A DNA stretch of 64,000 nucleotides, from assembly GCA_047601445.1 (NCBI GenBank), contig JASGJH010000001.1, forward strand, positions 7,648,001 through 7,712,000, in the 5' to 3' direction. The first letter of the stretch is position 1. Every line of letters starts with the position of its first letter. Shown piece by piece: positions 61,652-64,000 of this stretch. Below the pieces are notes generated by a model. It saw only the letters and a program-made list of their open reading frames with translations, did not search any database and was not told the DNA's origin. This DNA is from Myxococcales bacterium (GTDB taxonomy: Bacteria > Myxococcota_A > Polyangia > Polyangiales > DASUME01). Made by a program: the position numbers and the translations under genes.

Positions 61652-62767
61652 CTAAAAATGAAACCTTCGCATCGATACATTCATCAACAAGCCAATCCCG
61701 ATCATGAACGTCAGCACACTCGAGCCACCGTGCGAGAACAACGGCAGGGTCACGCCCACCACTGGCAGGAGTCCGAGCACCATGCCCACGTTGATCACGG
61801 TGTGGAAGAAGAACATGGCGCTCACGCCCACGGCCAACACGGCGCCGAAGCGGTCCTTGGCCTGAGAGGCGACCTTGAGGCCCCACATGATGAGGAAGAA
61901 GTAGGCGCCCAGTAGCACCAACACGCCGAGCAAGCCGTGCTCCTCGGAGAACACCGCGAAGGGGAAGTCGGAGTGATTGTCGGGCAAGAAGCCGTATTGG
62001 TTTTGCGTGCCCTGCAGGTAGCCCTTGCCCCAGATACCGCCGCTGCCGATGGCAACCTTGCTCTGGTAGGCGTGCCAGCCCGAGCCGAGCAGGTCGTGTT
62101 CGGGGTTGGTGAATGAGCTCCAGAACGAGGTCACGCGCTCCTTCTGGTAGCCCTCGAGGATGAACTGCCAGGTCAGCGGAATACATGCCAAAAAGGCCAC
62201 CACCAAGGTGAGCAGCGAACGCAGCTTGAGGTTGGTCAGCAGCATGACGGACCCGAAGATCGCGGCGCAGATGAGCGCCGTGCCGAGGTCGGGTTGCTTG
62301 AGGATGAGGATCATCGGGAAGCCGAGGATCAGGCCGGGCAGCACCAAATCCTTGAGCGTGCGACCCGTGGTCTTGGGATCGTTGTGCAGGTACTTGGCGA
62401 GCGCGATGATCAAAAAGATCTTCATCAGCTCACTTGGTTGCAGCGAGAAGGCTCCTATGGAGAGCCAGCGTACCGAGCCGCGCACGCTGCGCCCGATGAT
62501 GAACAGCAGTACGAGCGTGGAAACACCGATGCCGTAGGCCACCCAGCCGTGGCGCTCGTAGTGCCGATAGTCGATGGCCGCCACCACCACCGCCACGCCC
62601 GACCCCAGCGCGAGCCAGTAGATCTGCTGCATGTAGATGTTGGCCATGCCGTCGGTGGCCGCGCTGGTGGCGCTGTAGAGGTTGGTCACGCCGGCCAGGG
62701 CGATGAAGGCCACGGTGACGAACAGGGGCCAGTCGAACTGCTCTTTGAGACCGCCACGGATCGCCAT
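61652..62767 (-). CDS. rodA: Rod shape-determining protein RodA
   Basis: RW...QPSEL.K, QPDLGT, AIGSGG..GKG, LPDNHSDF, GVTLPLFSHGGSS; follows PBP2. Confidence 0.93.
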   Translation of the reverse strand: MAIRGGLKEQFDWPLFVTVAFIALAGVTNLYSATSAATDGMANIYMQQIYWLALGSGVAVVVAAIDYRHYERHGWVAYGIGVSTLVLLFIIGRSVRGSVRWLSIGAFSLQPSELMKIFLIIALAKYLHNDPKTTGRTLKDLVLPGLILGFPMILILKQPDLGTALICAAIFGSVMLLTNLKLRSLLTLVVAFLACIPLTWQFILEGYQKERVTSFWSSFTNPEHDLLGSGWHAYQSKVAIGSGGIWGKGYLQGTQNQYGFLPDNHSDFPFAVFSEEHGLLGVLVLLGAYFFLIMWGLKVASQAKDRFGAVLAVGVSAMFFFHTVINVGMVLGLLPVVGVTLPLFSHGGSSVLTFMIGIGLLMNVSMRRFHF

Positions 62768-62894
62768 CAGGGAGCTCCTTTGACAGACGGGGAGGGCACG
62801 CGCCCTCTCCGCCCCTCGCGGCGAAGCCGCGCTGGGCCCCACCCCACCGCGAGGTTCGCTGCGCTCACGATCGGACCCTGCATCAGGGAGCTCC
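62765..62894 (-). repeat. Structured repeat family A, copy 2, flanked by a 14-bp direct repeat and encoding a 38-aa coupling mini-ORF (62883-62767)
   Basis: CATCAGGGAGCTCC at 62765-62778 and 62881-62894; mini-ORF MQGPIVSAANLAVGWGPARLRREGRRGRVPSPSVKGAP with TGATG overlaps at both ends. Confidence 0.82.
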
Positions 62895-64000
62895 ACGGGT
62901 GGTGAGGGCCGTTTGGTTGCCGCTGTCGCCGTAGTAGCTCTTGAGCGCTTCGATGGCGATGGGCGCGGCGTTCTTGCCGCCGCCGCCGCCGTGCTCGACC
63001 ATGACGACGATGGCGAGCTCGGGCTTATCCGCCGGGGCCCAGCCCGCGAACCAGGCGTGCGAGCGGTGCATGTACCAGGAGCGCTGTTCGTCGTCCTTGG
63101 CGCGCTGGTGGTGCTCGACCTGGGCCGTGCCGGTCTTGCCCGCCACCTGCACCTTGCCACCCGCGTACTTGGGGTCGTAGGCCGTGCCGCCTTCTTCGTT
63201 CACCACGCCCCACAGGGCCTGGTGGATGAGCTCCATGTGCGCCGGGTTGTACTTGAGGGTGCGCCGCACGCGCGGCGTGAACCGTTCCAGCACCGTGCCG
63301 TCGGGCGCCTGCACGCTGTCCACGAGCTGCGGCACGTAAACCGTCCCGCCGTTCGCGAGCGCCGCGTACACCATGGCCAATTGGATCAAGCTGACACGCG
63401 TATTGCCCTGCCCGATCACGGTGTTGAGCGTGTAGCCCACGCGGAACACTTCACCGCGCTGCTCGTACCAGCTCTTGGTGGGGATGAAGCCGCGCGTCTC
63501 GGTGTTGATGCCGATGCCCGTCTTCTCGCCCAAGCCGAGGTCGGTGGCGAAGCGCGCCAGGCGGTCGATGCCGGCGAGCTCACCGAGCTTGTAGAAGTAC
63601 GTGTTGCACGAGCGGACTAGCGCCTCGCGCATGCTGACCTCGCCGTGTACGTGCTCGCAGCGGAAGCGCCGGTTGCCGAGCGTGTAGAAGCCGATGCAGT
63701 CGACGCGCTGAGTGGTGTTGACCAGGCCGTCTTCCAGGGCTGCCAGGGCGCTGATGGGCTTGAAGGTGGAGCCCGGGTAGTAGGTATCGTAGAGCGTCTT
63801 GTCGATCAGCGGGCGGAAGGGGTTCTCGTTGAGCTCGCGCGCGCGCTCCACGCTGAGCTTGCCGCTGATCTCGTTGAGGTCGTAGGAGGGCTTGGAGAAC
63901 AAGGCGCGCACCTGGCCCGTCTTCACGTCGACCACGACGGCCGCGCCCGAGGGGTGGCCACGGAACGCGCGCTCCAGCGTGCGCATGAGCTCCATGTCCA
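62883..64000 (-). CDS. mrdA: Penicillin-binding protein 2, C-terminal part (runs off window end)
   Basis: Transpeptidase motifs PGSTFK, SCN, KTGTAQ, HAWF; upstream of rodA. Confidence 0.93.
   Translation of the reverse strand, partial: DMELMRTLERAFRGHPSGAAVVVDVKTGQVRALFSKPSYDLNEISGKLSVERARELNENPFRPLIDKTLYDTYYPGSTFKPISALAALEDGLVNTTQRVDCIGFYTLGNRRFRCEHVHGEVSMREALVRSCNTYFYKLGELAGIDRLARFATDLGLGEKTGIGINTETRGFIPTKSWYEQRGEVFRVGYTLNTVIGQGNTRVSLIQLAMVYAALANGGTVYVPQLVDSVQAPDGTVLERFTPRVRRTLKYNPAHMELIHQALWGVVNEEGGTAYDPKYAGGKVQVAGKTGTAQVEHHQRAKDDEQRSWYMHRSHAWFAGWAPADKPELAIVVMVEHGGGGGKNAAPIAIEALKSYYGDSGNQTALTTRGAP

Overview
GC-rich bacterial chromosome segment, most consistent with Myxococcota (Polyangia-like). 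Supporting features: MYXO-CTERM-like sorting tail, several Ser/Thr kinases, sigma-54 response regulators, PEGA/FG-GAP proteins and GD-repeat lipoproteins. It runs from the 5' end of gyrB to rodA and partial mrdA. It carries tatBC, an MCP, tolQRAB, msrA, fbp, a bioF-like gene, a LigC/Prim-Pol/PolX repair group and many regulators. No rRNA, tRNA, CRISPR array or transposase was recognised. Most notable observations: (1) A structured repeat is inserted at the mrdA-rodA junction with a 14-bp direct repeat and a 38-aa mini-ORF that keeps TGATG translational coupling on both sides (MIRU-like). A covarying second copy lies at 34.5 kb. (2) All five frameshifts found are single-base insertions in or next to GATC, which suggests modification-linked base-calling errors rather than pseudogenes. 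(3) A TraA/TraB-like gene pair has a different head domain. (4) An orphan double-glycine-leader peptide has a four-beta-strand core. (5) A second dispersed repeat family forms a 33-bp perfect inverted repeat. All functional calls come from motif recognition by eye; no database searches were run.
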